Both the position numbers and the translations under genes were made by a program. From Octopus sinensis (Eukaryota): a DNA stretch of 64,000 nt. A model generated the notes under the pieces. The model had not been told where the DNA came from. It was given only the letters and a program-made list of their open reading frames with translations, and made no database searches. Of this stretch, positions 12,046 through 23,338 are shown piece after piece (the stretch's first letter is position 1; every line of letters begins with the position of its first letter). The DNA lies in contig NC_043006.1 in NCBI RefSeq assembly GCF_006345805.1, positions 63,922,001 through 63,986,000 of the forward strand. The letters are read 5' to 3'.

Positions 12046-13701
12046 TTAATAATGGCAAGGATATTTGGCTAAATTCTTCATTATTTTCATAATTTATTGA
12101 AACAAAGGCTGCGTATTTCTTCAGAAACATGATGACAAAATGGTTTAAGAAGTATATACTATGTTTGTATACAAGAAAATAATTGTGAAACAAGTTTTTT
12201 TTAGCTGAAACACATCTACAGCATTTCTATAAAATATGCTTTTGTATTTCATTATTGAATGTCCATTTTAAGACTCTTCTCTTGAAATACTCACTCCAAA
12301 AAATTCCGTTTTTTATTCTCTTGTGGTAATTTTGAAGCTTATCCTAATTATGCTGAGGGTGGGGGCATAATTTTATGTGTAGATACAGCATGGTCAAATC
12401 ATTAAGAAGTTTACTTCCCAATCATGGTATCCCAGGTTCAAACCAATGGCATGGTATATTACCAATGTCTTGGATCAATCCATGCAAAATTTAGGCCATT
12501 AAATAGATTGTAGATGTAATTCAAAAGGCCACAGCTTTGCCACAAACATTGTGTTGTGCTGATTCTGTCTGTTACACTTGTCTGTGGAATACTCCTCCAC
12601 ATGGGTGTCAAGTCAATGGACAGGAAATTTAGTGGATCAAACAACTGAACCTTTGAGATGAAGTCCAAATTGACAATGATCCATTTATGTCGTTTTACTT
12701 CATTTAAACAATATTTTCATCTGTCTCCTTGTTTCCTCTTTTTCTTTTAAAATATTCTCTCTCCACCCACCCACCTCACATAACAAACACATTCTGCCTC
12801 ACAGAATCTACTATACCACTCAAACATATATCTGCACGCTCACACACAAGCAGGCACATCAATAAACTTGCAATTACGCACATAGACACATGCACACATG
12901 CTGCCTTTCTTTCTCTCCTCTCTCACACACATTCTCGTTCATATCTGTATAAATATAAAAATATAGAACCTGTAAACCAAGAAACAGACCTGGAGTAGAG
13001 AGGGAATGCCATTGATGAGGCTGTGAACAGCAAGAGAAGGCGTTTGACAAACTTAACTGATTGATTGACTGAATAATTAATCAAACGGTTAATTGTTTAA
13101 GTGATTAACCAGTTGACAAATGAATAGTAATTAAGTAAACTAGAAACAGTGTCTGTATTTATTATTGTCATAATGACTCTGTTGAGTTGTTCTTTTAATG
13201 TTTCAGTCATTAATCTGAGGCCATGCTGGGGCACCACCTTGAAGGGTTTTAGTTGAACAAATCGACCCCAGGACTTCTTTAATTTTTAAAGCCTAGTACT
13301 TATTCTATCGGTCTCTTAGGCTGAACTGCTAAGTTACAGGGATGTAAACACACCAACATTGGTTGTCAAGCAGTGTCAGGGGACAAACACAGACACACAT
13401 CGGGTTTCTTTCAGTTTCTGTCTACCAAATCCACTCACAAGGCTTAGTTAGAATGGCCCGAGGCTATAATAGAAGACACTTGCCTTAAGGTGTTATACAG
13501 TAGGACTGAACCTGGAATCATGTGGTTGGGAAGCAAGCTTCTTACCACTCAACCATGCCTACATCTACAAGATATCAATTAAAAAGTCTTTGACACATGG
13601 GATCTAAAATAATAAAATGAACCTCGAGGTAAAACTGACAAGGAAATAATTGAGGCAGTTTAATGCTACATTAATTGAGAAACCCATTGTTAAATTCTAA
13701 A

Positions 13702-15239
13702 ATGGATATAAATTCTGCATTGTTTGTGTTCTGTTTGGCAATGGAACCTAAAGAAGAAGGTTCAGATGAGGAAAGAAAACCATGTGTTGTGTATAGCTAT
13801 CCTAAAAAAGATAACTTTCTTCTGGAAACAGAAGCCATGTTGGTTGTCTTGTGTAATGTAATGGAAGATCTAACTGGAAAACCTGCAAATGCTTCCGTAT
13901 TAACTTGCGAAGGCGGGAAACACTTACAAGTGAAATATCATAAAGAAGGTCAAAGAACTGTGATATTTGTGGTTAAATCTCAAGTGCTTTGTAATAAAAC
14001 TATTACCAGTCTGTTTGAAAGTATCATGCATCTTATATTTGTTTTGTATGGTTCTGTTGAAAATGCATTCCTTAGAAAGAAATTCCATGAAAAATTGAAT
14101 GGAATTTTTTCATCTGCAGAAGAAGAGTTAATTAATTTATTCAAATCGTCTTCTGAGACAATTTTAAACCTTGGCTTTGAGTATATTTCGATGCATATTT
14201 TACCTACATTTTACCAAGATAATTTGAATAAAATCCTCTCTGATTTAGAATCAAAACACCCAGAATATGAAGAATTTAGAACTAGAGATTGTTGCCAACA
14301 CAGAAAGCAGTTCTTTCTAGTTGGTTCTTGTGTGTTTTTCAATGAATATTTACTCTGTAATCATTTATCTCCAAGAAATTTGGAAGATGTCTACGTTTAC
14401 TTGAAGTTTAACAGACTTTTATCTCAACAGACAAGTCAGCAGATAATTTTATGGAGAGAAATTCACTTGACAGGAAATAAAACACAAAAAGGTGTTGCTT
14501 TGGGATACATTGAGCAACCTTCTCAATGCTATCTTTTGGTAGTTTACCACAAACCTTATTTTCTAGCCACATTACTGCAATCTCCAAAGTCTCTCCTTGG
14601 TAAAAATACCATTTCTTCATCAACATTACCACCATCACCCCCACCATTGTATATCGAAAGACTAAAAGCAACTCTTTCACAAATAGAATCAACCATTCTT
14701 TGTTTCAGTGACAATTGTATGGATGGCAACAAAAATGATGGCAAGATGAAAGATTTATCTTTTGCAGATCAGATTGCATCATTGTTCAAATCACCAATCA
14801 ACAAACAGAAAAAACCTTGTAATTTGGCACGAAATCCTACTGAATACTCCAAGTATGCAGACATTTCAAATCTAACCATATCCCCTACCTGCATGGTTAC
14901 TCCCAAAGAAAATTCAAGAACACCTTACCGGATGAATCCAAAATATTCATCCAACCTCACAGTATCCCCCAATTCCTCTCCATACAAAATTCAGACTCAA
15001 AGTAATGCTGAAACTTCAGATTTTCAACATGAAATAACACTTCAAAGTCAAAGACATTCTGAAACCAAACTGAACAGTTTAAACTTTGTTAATTTTACTT
15101 CATTGCATTCTCGATATCCCTGTTGCTTTGGTGTGGTTGCAGTTCTTTATTTGCAGGCAAGTAAAGATGGTATGTCAACGGGAATACATATTAATGGATG
15201 TTGTGACATTCATTCAGATATCAAGTCTGATCTTACCAG
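13702..15239 (+). CDS. INTU: Inturned (CPLANE/PCP effector, tri-longin) homologue, large coding exon
   Basis: The 522-aa ORF (first ATG 13702) has motifs I recall from vertebrate INTU: LCNVMEDLTG, LYGSVENAF, LSDLES, GSCVFFNEYLLCNHL, IILWREI, LLVVYHKPYFLATLL, LYIERLKATLSQI. The exon ends ACCAG|GTAAAT (phase 2). The 5' boundary is uncertain. Confidence 0.85.
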
Positions 15240-15273
15240 GTAAATTCTTCTTCACCTCAATTCAAATTATCAA

Positions 15274-15306
<33 letters not shown>

Positions 15307-15417
15307 GGCGGTGAATTAACAGAACCATTAGCATACCAGGCAAAATGGTTCGTGGCATTTTGCTGTCAAAACACCCAGAATATGAAGAATTTAGAACTAG
15401 AGATTGTTGCTAACACA

Positions 15418-15439
15418 ACCCTAACCCTAACCCTAACCC
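15418..15439 (-). repeat. Short interstitial telomere-type repeat (CCCTAA)3CCC
   Basis: ACCCTAACCCTAACCCTAACCC directly follows a copied exon segment. Confidence 0.7.
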
Positions 15440-15764
15440 AGTTCAAATTCTGCGGAGGTCATCTTTGCCTTGCCAACTGTATACTGGTGTTGATGTAATT
15501 GACTAGTCCCTCCTCCTCCCAAAATTTCAGGCTTTATGCCTATAATGTTGTTGTTGCTGTTTCTTCCTTCTCAAACCATGCCTGGCTCATAAGGGCCGGT
15601 TTCCGTGTTTCATTGGCATATAGGTTTCCCCACCTGGACGGGATGCTGGTCTGTTGTAGTTGAGCAGCTAGATGCACGAGGAAAGAGTGAGGGAAAATTG
15701 TGGTGAAAGAGAGGGAGAGAGCAGTGCATGCCATCAATATTATTAGTTATTATTAAGGTGGCGA

Positions 15765-15970
15765 GCTGGCAGAAACTTTAGCACATCGGGCGAAATGCTT
15801 AGCAGTGTTTCATCTGTCTTTACATTCTGAGTTCAAATTCCACCGAGGTCGACTTTGCCTTTCATCCTTTCGGGGTCAATAAATTAAGTACCAGTTGTGT
15901 ACTGGGGTCGATCTAATCAACTGGCCCCTTCTCCCCAAGTTTCAGGCCTTGTGCCTAGACTAGAAAAGAT
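15765..15970 (+). mobile_element. Short SINE-like family (GGCGAGCTGGCAGAA...GAGTTCAAATTC...AAGTACCAGT); copies also at 15304, 16015, 26745, 55321 and elsewhere
   Basis: Repeated many times, usually after (ATT)n or (AGT)n tracts. Confidence 0.8.
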
Positions 15971-16898
15971 TCTTCTTCTTCATCTTCTTAGTAGTAGTAG
16001 TATAGTAGTAGTAAAGGTGGCAAGCTGGCAGAATCGTTAGCATGCTGGGCGTAGTGCTTATCAGTATTTTGTCTGCTGTTATCTTCTGAGTTCAAATTCT
16101 GCCGAGGTTGACTTTGCCTTTCATCCTTTCGAGGGTTGATAAAATATGTACCAGTTGAACACTGGGGTCAATGTAATCAACATAACCCCTCCCCAACAAA
16201 TTGCTGCCCTTGTGGCAAAATTTGAAACCGTTGTTGTTGTTGTTATTATCATTTGCATTTTGGACAAAATGCTTTTTTTTATTTCTTCCAGTTTTTTTTT
16301 TACATTCTGAGTTCAAATGCCAGCAAGGTCGACTTTGTATCCCATCTTTTTGGGGTTCAGTAAGTACCAGTTCAATACTGGGGTTGATGTAGTTGAGTAG
16401 CTCCCTTCCCTCAGAATTACTCGCTTCTGGCCATTGCCAGTGCTGCCTGACTGGCTCTAGTGCTGGTGACATGCAATAAGCATCATTCATGTATGGGTCG
16501 TTGCTAGTGCCGCCTGACTGGTTCCCGTACTGGTGGCATGTAAAAAGCACCCACTACACTCTTGGAATGGCTGGTGTTAGGAAGGGCATCCAGCTGTATG
16601 AACTTTGCCAGATCAGACTGGAGCCTGGCACAGCCTCCTGGCTTGCCAGTCTTCAGTCAAACCAGTCCAACCCATGCCTGCATGGAAAACGAATGTTAAA
16701 CGAGGATGATGATGATGATAATGATGAACCTTGCAGTGGGCTGGTGTCCTGTTCAGCAGGAGTGTTGTGATCTTGGTCACTTAAGTGGGTAACTGGTCCT
16801 ACGATTCCCAGGGCTCAAGTAAAAAGGACAATAACTAATATAAGAACCTTTTACTGATTTATGAGGTTTAAACTTAATTTATATTTTGTTCCTCTTAG

Positions 16899-17217
16899 GT
16901 GCTGCATTTTAATTATGGAACATTTCAAAAACTCAAAACTGTTTGAGAAAAAAAAACAAAGATCAAGATTGGCCACCACTCATGGAACCAGTCGTCAAAG
17001 AATCCTTGAATATGGTGTCCTTCTACGAAAAGAGGCTGTGAACGAACATAAAGTGAAGGAAACTCAAAATACAGACTTTTGGGTGGTGGGTAAACGAATA
17101 TGTCACGATAAGGGGAATGTGCAACAAACAGTTCTTGTTTGTTTTCAGGACAGGATTGAGCAGAGTCTTGTAGAGCTGGCATTCAATCTTCCATTTGGCC
17201 TTAACTGGATGGAGTGA
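16899..17217 (+). CDS. INTU: Inturned homologue, terminal coding exon
   Basis: Acceptor CCTCTTAG|G joins in phase (AG+G=Arg), giving DLTR-CCILIMEHF...EYGVLL...FWVVGKRI...VCFQDRIEQSLVELAFNLPFGL..stop. This matches the INTU C-terminus (CCLSI, EHGVLF, YWVVGR, VCFHDS, EIAFKLFFGL). Confidence 0.9.
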
Positions 17218-18052
17218 TTTTAAAAGTGAGTTTCTCAGTGGTGAAGATTTCTGTCTTATGAAACACTTTAAGTTGATGAAAAACTGCCGAGATGAGAAAG
17301 TATGTCTATGCCAAGTCAGACAGACAGAGGCTATCCATGTCTGATCTTCACTTATGTGAGTTTAAGACTGTCAAATAGGTAATCTATCTGTGAGCTTCTC
17401 TCATTTATGGTCAAGTCAGCCAGACAGAGGCCAGTTTTTTCTCAAATGTATCAAAGTTAAGTCAGTCAGACAGAGGCCATCCGTATCTGAGCTGTATTCA
17501 TATAATGTCAAATCAGTCAATGCACATAGATTAAGTCAGTCATATAGAGGACAGCTTTCTCTGTGCCATATCCAACTCCTTTTTGAACATCATCACTTTT
17601 GGATAAAGTAGTAAGTTATAATTCCACAAGATCATATGTTAGGATAGATCCTTCGGTATCTACCATTCTCGGTGTTACCGAGGGCAGTTGTCTTGCCTGG
17701 TCTATGACATTCGGCTGTTTCTTAACACTTGGCGTCATGTGGCGAGCTTTCCCCCGGATGCTATCTCGTAATAAATTTGTTGTATAAATAAAATGTATAC
17801 TCTATATACATGCGACCGATAGACTATGTTTACATTACTTGTGTTGTTTTTAATTTGTAATTTTTTAAATACAAATTCGCTCTCGAAAAAAAAAAGAAAA
17901 GTTCCCTGCAGACGCTGGCCGCTATTGAAGGGAAATAACTATGTTAGCTCGACAGACAATTCAAACCATGAAGAAAGCCGAGTTTATAGAAAAGTAAATT
18001 ATGGCAGGATTTCCTCTTTTGAAAGGAGTAAATAAAGAAAATACGAATAAAA
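17218..18052 (+). terminator. INTU 3' UTR with candidate AATAAA signals (about 17779, 17786, 18031, 18046)
   Basis: Several AATAAA hexamers lie downstream of the stop codon. Which one is used is unknown. Confidence 0.35.
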
Positions 18053-18799
18053 CTGTTTTCATTTTTTCACTTTGTCACTAAAAAAAAACATTTTCATCTT
18101 CATTTTTTTTCTTAATCAAATATAGACGCAGGCATAGATGTGTAATAAGAAGTTTGCTTCCTGCTCGCACAACAATGAACAGAATATATTTTTCTTTGAA
18201 TGGAACTTTCATTTCAGTTTGTCTTAAATAACAAGACGTATTTATAGGCACCAGTGTGGCAGAGTGGTTTGGAAGCTTGCTTCACAGTTGTATGGTCTTT
18301 TGTTCAGTCCCACTTTGTGACAGTCTTCTGCTATAGCCCTAGACTGACTAAAATTTTGTGAGTGATTTGATAGATGGAAACTGAAAGAAGCCCATATGTG
18401 TGGGTGTTTACCCTTGTGATCTTTGTAAATGAGCTTCATGGTCATACAAATGATGTGTGTTTCCAGTTTTCTGTGAAAGACATATCTAGGTATGAGGAAT
18501 TATTATTTTGCTTGGAAATAGGTGAGAGTTGGTAAGAAGGACAGCCGGCTGCTGAAAATCTGCCTTGGCAAATTCCATCTGATCCATACAAGCATAAAAA
18601 GTGGACAGTAAATGATGATGATGATGATTTAAGCTGGTGGAACAAGCTATCAGCTTACCTGTCTCATTTTTCACCAGTTTCCCATACTGTGTATGCTGTT
18701 TTCTTTTCTGCTTCTCTGACATTTTTCATTTTCAACACTTGATAAGACTCAAAAGGAATCTTATATAAAAAATTTTTAAAAAAACCAAGTTTTAAGCTA

Positions 18800-19829
18800 T
18801 TGGGTTGGCAAGAAAGTAATTTCAGTTATTTAGTGTGAAATAAAGTAATTTTTTTCAAACAAAGAATGAACTTTAATCAATTATATATTTTCCATTTTGT
18901 TCTATGACCTTTTGCCATCTTTCTGGCAACTTCATGATTCCACACTCATAAAACTTCTGGTCCTTAGCCAAAAACTGAAGCAAGTGCGATTTCAGGTCAT
19001 CATAGTTATTGAAAGTTTTACCATTCAAAGAATTTTGCAAATTTCGAAATAAATGGTAATCTGATGGTGCAAAGTCAGGGCTATATGGTGGATGTGATAT
19101 CACTTGCTATTCAAGCTCCAATAGTTTTTCACGTGTTAGCAAAGACAATCGTTTTCAATTGATGTTATTATTGACAATCCATTTTTCATTACCAGTGATA
19201 ATTCATTCCAAAAAAAGGTCAATTTCATTGCGATTGAGATGCATATCGCAAATATTGATTTGTTGTGTTAAGTGCATCTCTTTCAATTTATGTGGAACCC
19301 AGATATCGAGATTCTTAAGTAGTCCAAGACATTTCAAGTGATTTTCTATTGTTGTGTGTGCTATATTTAACCACTCTGCAATCTTTCACACAGTTATATG
19401 ACAATCAGATTCACTTATGGCTTTGATTTGGTCATCATCAACTTCAGTAGGTTGACCAGAACGTTGGTCATCTTTGAGTGAAAAATCTCCAGAACAGAGT
19501 TTTTAAAACCGTTTCTGACATATGCATTCTGTTAAGCAATCAACACCGTAAACTTCACTTATTTCTTTGTGAGCCTCAGCAGCTTTCTTGCCTTTACGAA
19601 AATAAAAAAGCAAAATATAGGCGAAAACTCGTTTTTGCACTCCATGTTAAAATTGACACTGAACTAACAGCTGTAAACAAAATTACGTGCAATTTGCTTC
19701 TAAAGTAAGCTAAAAGTAATAGCTATCAAATGTCAAAAAGAAAAAAAAATCATAACACTAACAAAAGTCATTCAAAAAAATTGTAACTACCTATTTGCAA
19801 AAGACGAAATGATTTTCTTGTCAACCCAA
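18800..19829 (-). mobile_element. Mariner (Tc1/mariner) transposon remnant, internally deleted
   Basis: TA-flanked TIRs TTGGGTTGGCAAGAAAGTAATTTC and GAAATGATTTTCTTGTCAACCCAA. The minus strand carries WVPHKL and HPPYSPDFAPSDYHLF...KLPERWQKV motifs in broken frames. Confidence 0.92.
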
Positions 19830-21566
19830 TATTTCCGAAAACACTGAATTAAACATTTAACCTTACAAATGTGATCAGACGATATTCATCTGTTCACATT
19901 CGTAAAGTTAAATGTATTTTCTATAGCACTTTCATTTGTCCAAGATGTTTGGCAGTGGGACTGAACCCAGAATTTTATGGTTAGGAAGCAAACTTCTTAC
20001 CACATGGATACACCTGCATCTATGTGTAATATAATTCCTGGAGATTTTGTTTCCTGTGTGTGTGTGTGTGGCATTATATTTCAAAGTAATTAAACATCAT
20101 ATGTTCTTTCATAAATGGATGAACACACAGACTAGCATGTAACACTTTTGGCGCTTCTTCGTTATCATTTAACTTTACAGAATGAATGACAAAACAAATT
20201 CATATGAATACATGCGCAATATCTCCATTTTTGCTTCCAATTTCATATTACTTTTTCTCAAATAATGTATTCTTTCTGGCTGATATTCCTTTGCGATAGC
20301 ATCGCAAACTTCTACCTACCATTCTTTCAATTCTGCTGTTATTCGCTCTAGGTTTGTAATAGACAGTAATGACATCATCACCATCATCATTACTTAATGT
20401 CTACACTCCATGCTGGCATGCGTCAGATGGTTTGACAGGATCCAAAGAGCACAAGGACTGCATCATGCTGCAGTGTTTACTTTGGCATCATTCTTAAGAT
20501 CGGATGCCCTTCTTAATGCCAACCACTTTACCACATATACTTTGCTGCTTTTTCATGCCATCAGAGCAAGGCCATCAATGCTGGTTGGGAAAAATCTATA
20601 CTTGAAGAAGCAAATTTCAACATAATTTAATGTAAATTAAATAAATATACACCATTTTATGAGAAACAAACAATATGTTTAATAATTAACGTTATAAAGT
20701 TTAATAAAGGGCTCAAAATTCACCCCCTCTCCCGATTTAAAATTTTGAGCTTTTTCATCCATTTATTTCTTTGTCTGTATATTATATTTGTCAACTAAAT
20801 GTGGCGGTCCTATAGAAGACGGTGTTACTTTTGTTTTTAGCCCCAGGAGGACATTCATATCTATCAATCTCTTTATACACATATATATATGCTTATTGAG
20901 TTTAAAATTTTGAAAACGTGGTTTCTTGCATATCCGAAATCACCGTCTTCGAAAACATAAGGGAAAAAAATTTTGAAAAAGTTCAAAATTTTAAACGGGA
21001 ATGGGGAGTGGTGGTAGTGGTGGCGGGGAGGGTTAAATTTTTTTTTTATTCGTAATTCCCGACATCTGAAAATTTTTTTTCAAAAAATGCCTTTTTCAAG
21101 GAGAGGTGCGAAACTATTAGCCCCTAATTTTATTACTGCTTATCGGAATGTACAGTGCGGTCACTGCAGAGACACAGTATAACTGAGATGGATTCATGGG
21201 TTGGCCTGGTCGCTCGATCGACTGAGTGTTAAAGGAATGGCTCAGTGAAAGTTGGACAAGGTTACTAACAGCAACAATACAACCCTACATAAAAATGAAT
21301 CAGCTATGTCCTGCAGTTATCTTCTCTTGGTTATAAGAATGAAATTTTTGTCATATGGATTTGTTCCCCTTCTCAACCGCGTTATCTCCCCCTTAGCAGA
21401 ATGCTGGGCCAGGCCGGAAGTGGTTCCCATTGTTGGAGGCAAGTTCTGATGCTTGACAGTGGTGAGAAGTGATATTACGGACTCTTATTACCTAACTCGG
21501 TCTATTTCTATCGCAAAAAGTGCTACAGCAGGAAAAAACTATTTAAAAAGAAATCTATTAACCCTG

Positions 21567-21691
21567 ATGCTTAGTACACTGGTAGAGAAAATAGCCACTT
21601 ACGTGTCGCACTCTTCGGGTGAAGACGAAGTCGCAACAGACACCGATGGTGAACCACCAAATTGTCCCATCGATGGCGGCAAGAATAAAAG
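21567..21691 (+). CDS. SENP1: SENP1/2-like SUMO protease, coding exon 1
   Basis: ATG MLSTLVEKIATYVSHSSGEDE...KNK, then AG|GTAAAC (phase 2). Lies in a CpG-retaining region and is phase-compatible with exon 2. Confidence 0.7.
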
Positions 21692-21923
21692 GTAAACGCT
21701 TAATCTTTCTCTGTATTCATCTATTTTAAATATACACCGCAGGAGAAATATATTGAATATATAAATAAGATTTCAAACACCGCAGGCGTTAAAACATTAA
21801 CTACGTATTAACTACTGTATTTTGACGTTATACAAATGTAACATCGTTTACGAATAAGTTTTTGGTTATATAGTGTTTCACAACTTCTCTCTCTCTCTCT
21901 CTCTTTATATATATATATATCTA

Positions 21924-21959
<36 letters not shown>

Positions 21960-22898
21960 ATATACATACACATTTGTGCATGCACTAACACACAGACTAG
22001 CATGGAACAGTTTTGGCGCTTCTTCGTTATCATTTAACTTTACAAAATGAATGACAAAACAAATTCATATGAATACATGCGCAATATCTCCATTTTTGCT
22101 TCCAATTTCATATTACTTTTTCTCAAACAATGTATTCTTTCAATTCTGCTGTTATTCGCTCTTTTTTATTGCAGAAAACAATAATCCAATTGTTTTCAAT
22201 GTTCTATTCTATGATCATTGGTCAAAGCTTCAAACTGAATTCTCGGCGAATTACAGGTGTTTTGCAATGTAGGATACTATAAATTGACGAAAAATCTTGA
22301 AACCCTAGCTACCATTACCCCCGAAAATTCCATTCTATTCCAAAAGTCCGGATTATTTGAAATGACAGTCTATATTTAATCATATGAAAAGGGCCTGAGA
22401 AGCAATGACGTGCGATGCAGAGTAGTAACAAAGCAGTATCACATTGTTAGGTATGTGTGTGTATATAAAACACTAGCTTAATCATAGCGTTTTTGAAAAA
22501 AAAAACATAAAAAAACAACGAGGTGTAAAAGCGATGCCCTTGAATCATTACTGGGTTTCTGAAGCTGGTGGGAGGGAAAGAGGAAGATGTTCTCAAAATA
22601 GATACTTAACCCCCAGAAGCCCCAGTGCTCGTAATAGAATGGACATTGTTGAAGGTACCCCAAAACCAAGTGGTGGTGTAAAATCAGGGACGAATTCAGG
22701 TTGTTTAGAACAAGAGAAAAGAATGTAAGGTTGCATTCATATATTTGTTTATGGAATGTCCGCTAGGCGCAGGAGTGGCTGTGTGATAAGTAGCTTGTTT
22801 ACTAACCACATGGTTCCGGGTTCATTCCCACTGCATGGCACCTTGGGTAAGTATCTTGCGAGTGGATTTGGTAAACGGAAACTGAAAGAAGCCCACCG

Positions 22899-22933
<35 letters not shown>

Positions 22934-23338
22934 TTGTTCTTCCACCATCGCCTGACAACCGATGTTGGTGTGTTTACGTCCCCATAACTTCGGCTATGTA
23001 TATATTGTATAAGAAGTACTAGGCTTACAAAGAATAAGTCCTGGGGTCGATTTGTTCGACTACAGTTGGTGCTCTAGTATGGCCGCAGCCAAATGACTGA
23101 AAAGAAAAGCATAAAAGAATACCCTGTACAATTCTTCATCGGTGCTTGTCAAAGCGTGTAGTATGATGCTTAACCACATGATGGCAGTCTAAATCCATAT
23201 CTTAGTTTAAATTTCTACAAGGCCCTTCTTTATTGAAAGCATCAGGGTCAGTTCTCCAGATGGAGAACAATTTCTTCCTACCATTTTCTGAGAATCTGGA
23301 AAGGAACATGAACAAAGTCGTTCCACATATGACTAGTC

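Noticed and set aside
14408-14744. Antisense ORFs inside INTU
   Set aside because: These are shadows of the real coding strand.
15418-15439. True telomere or chromosome end
   Set aside because: Only about 3.5 units, located inside an intron with continuous gene structure on both sides.
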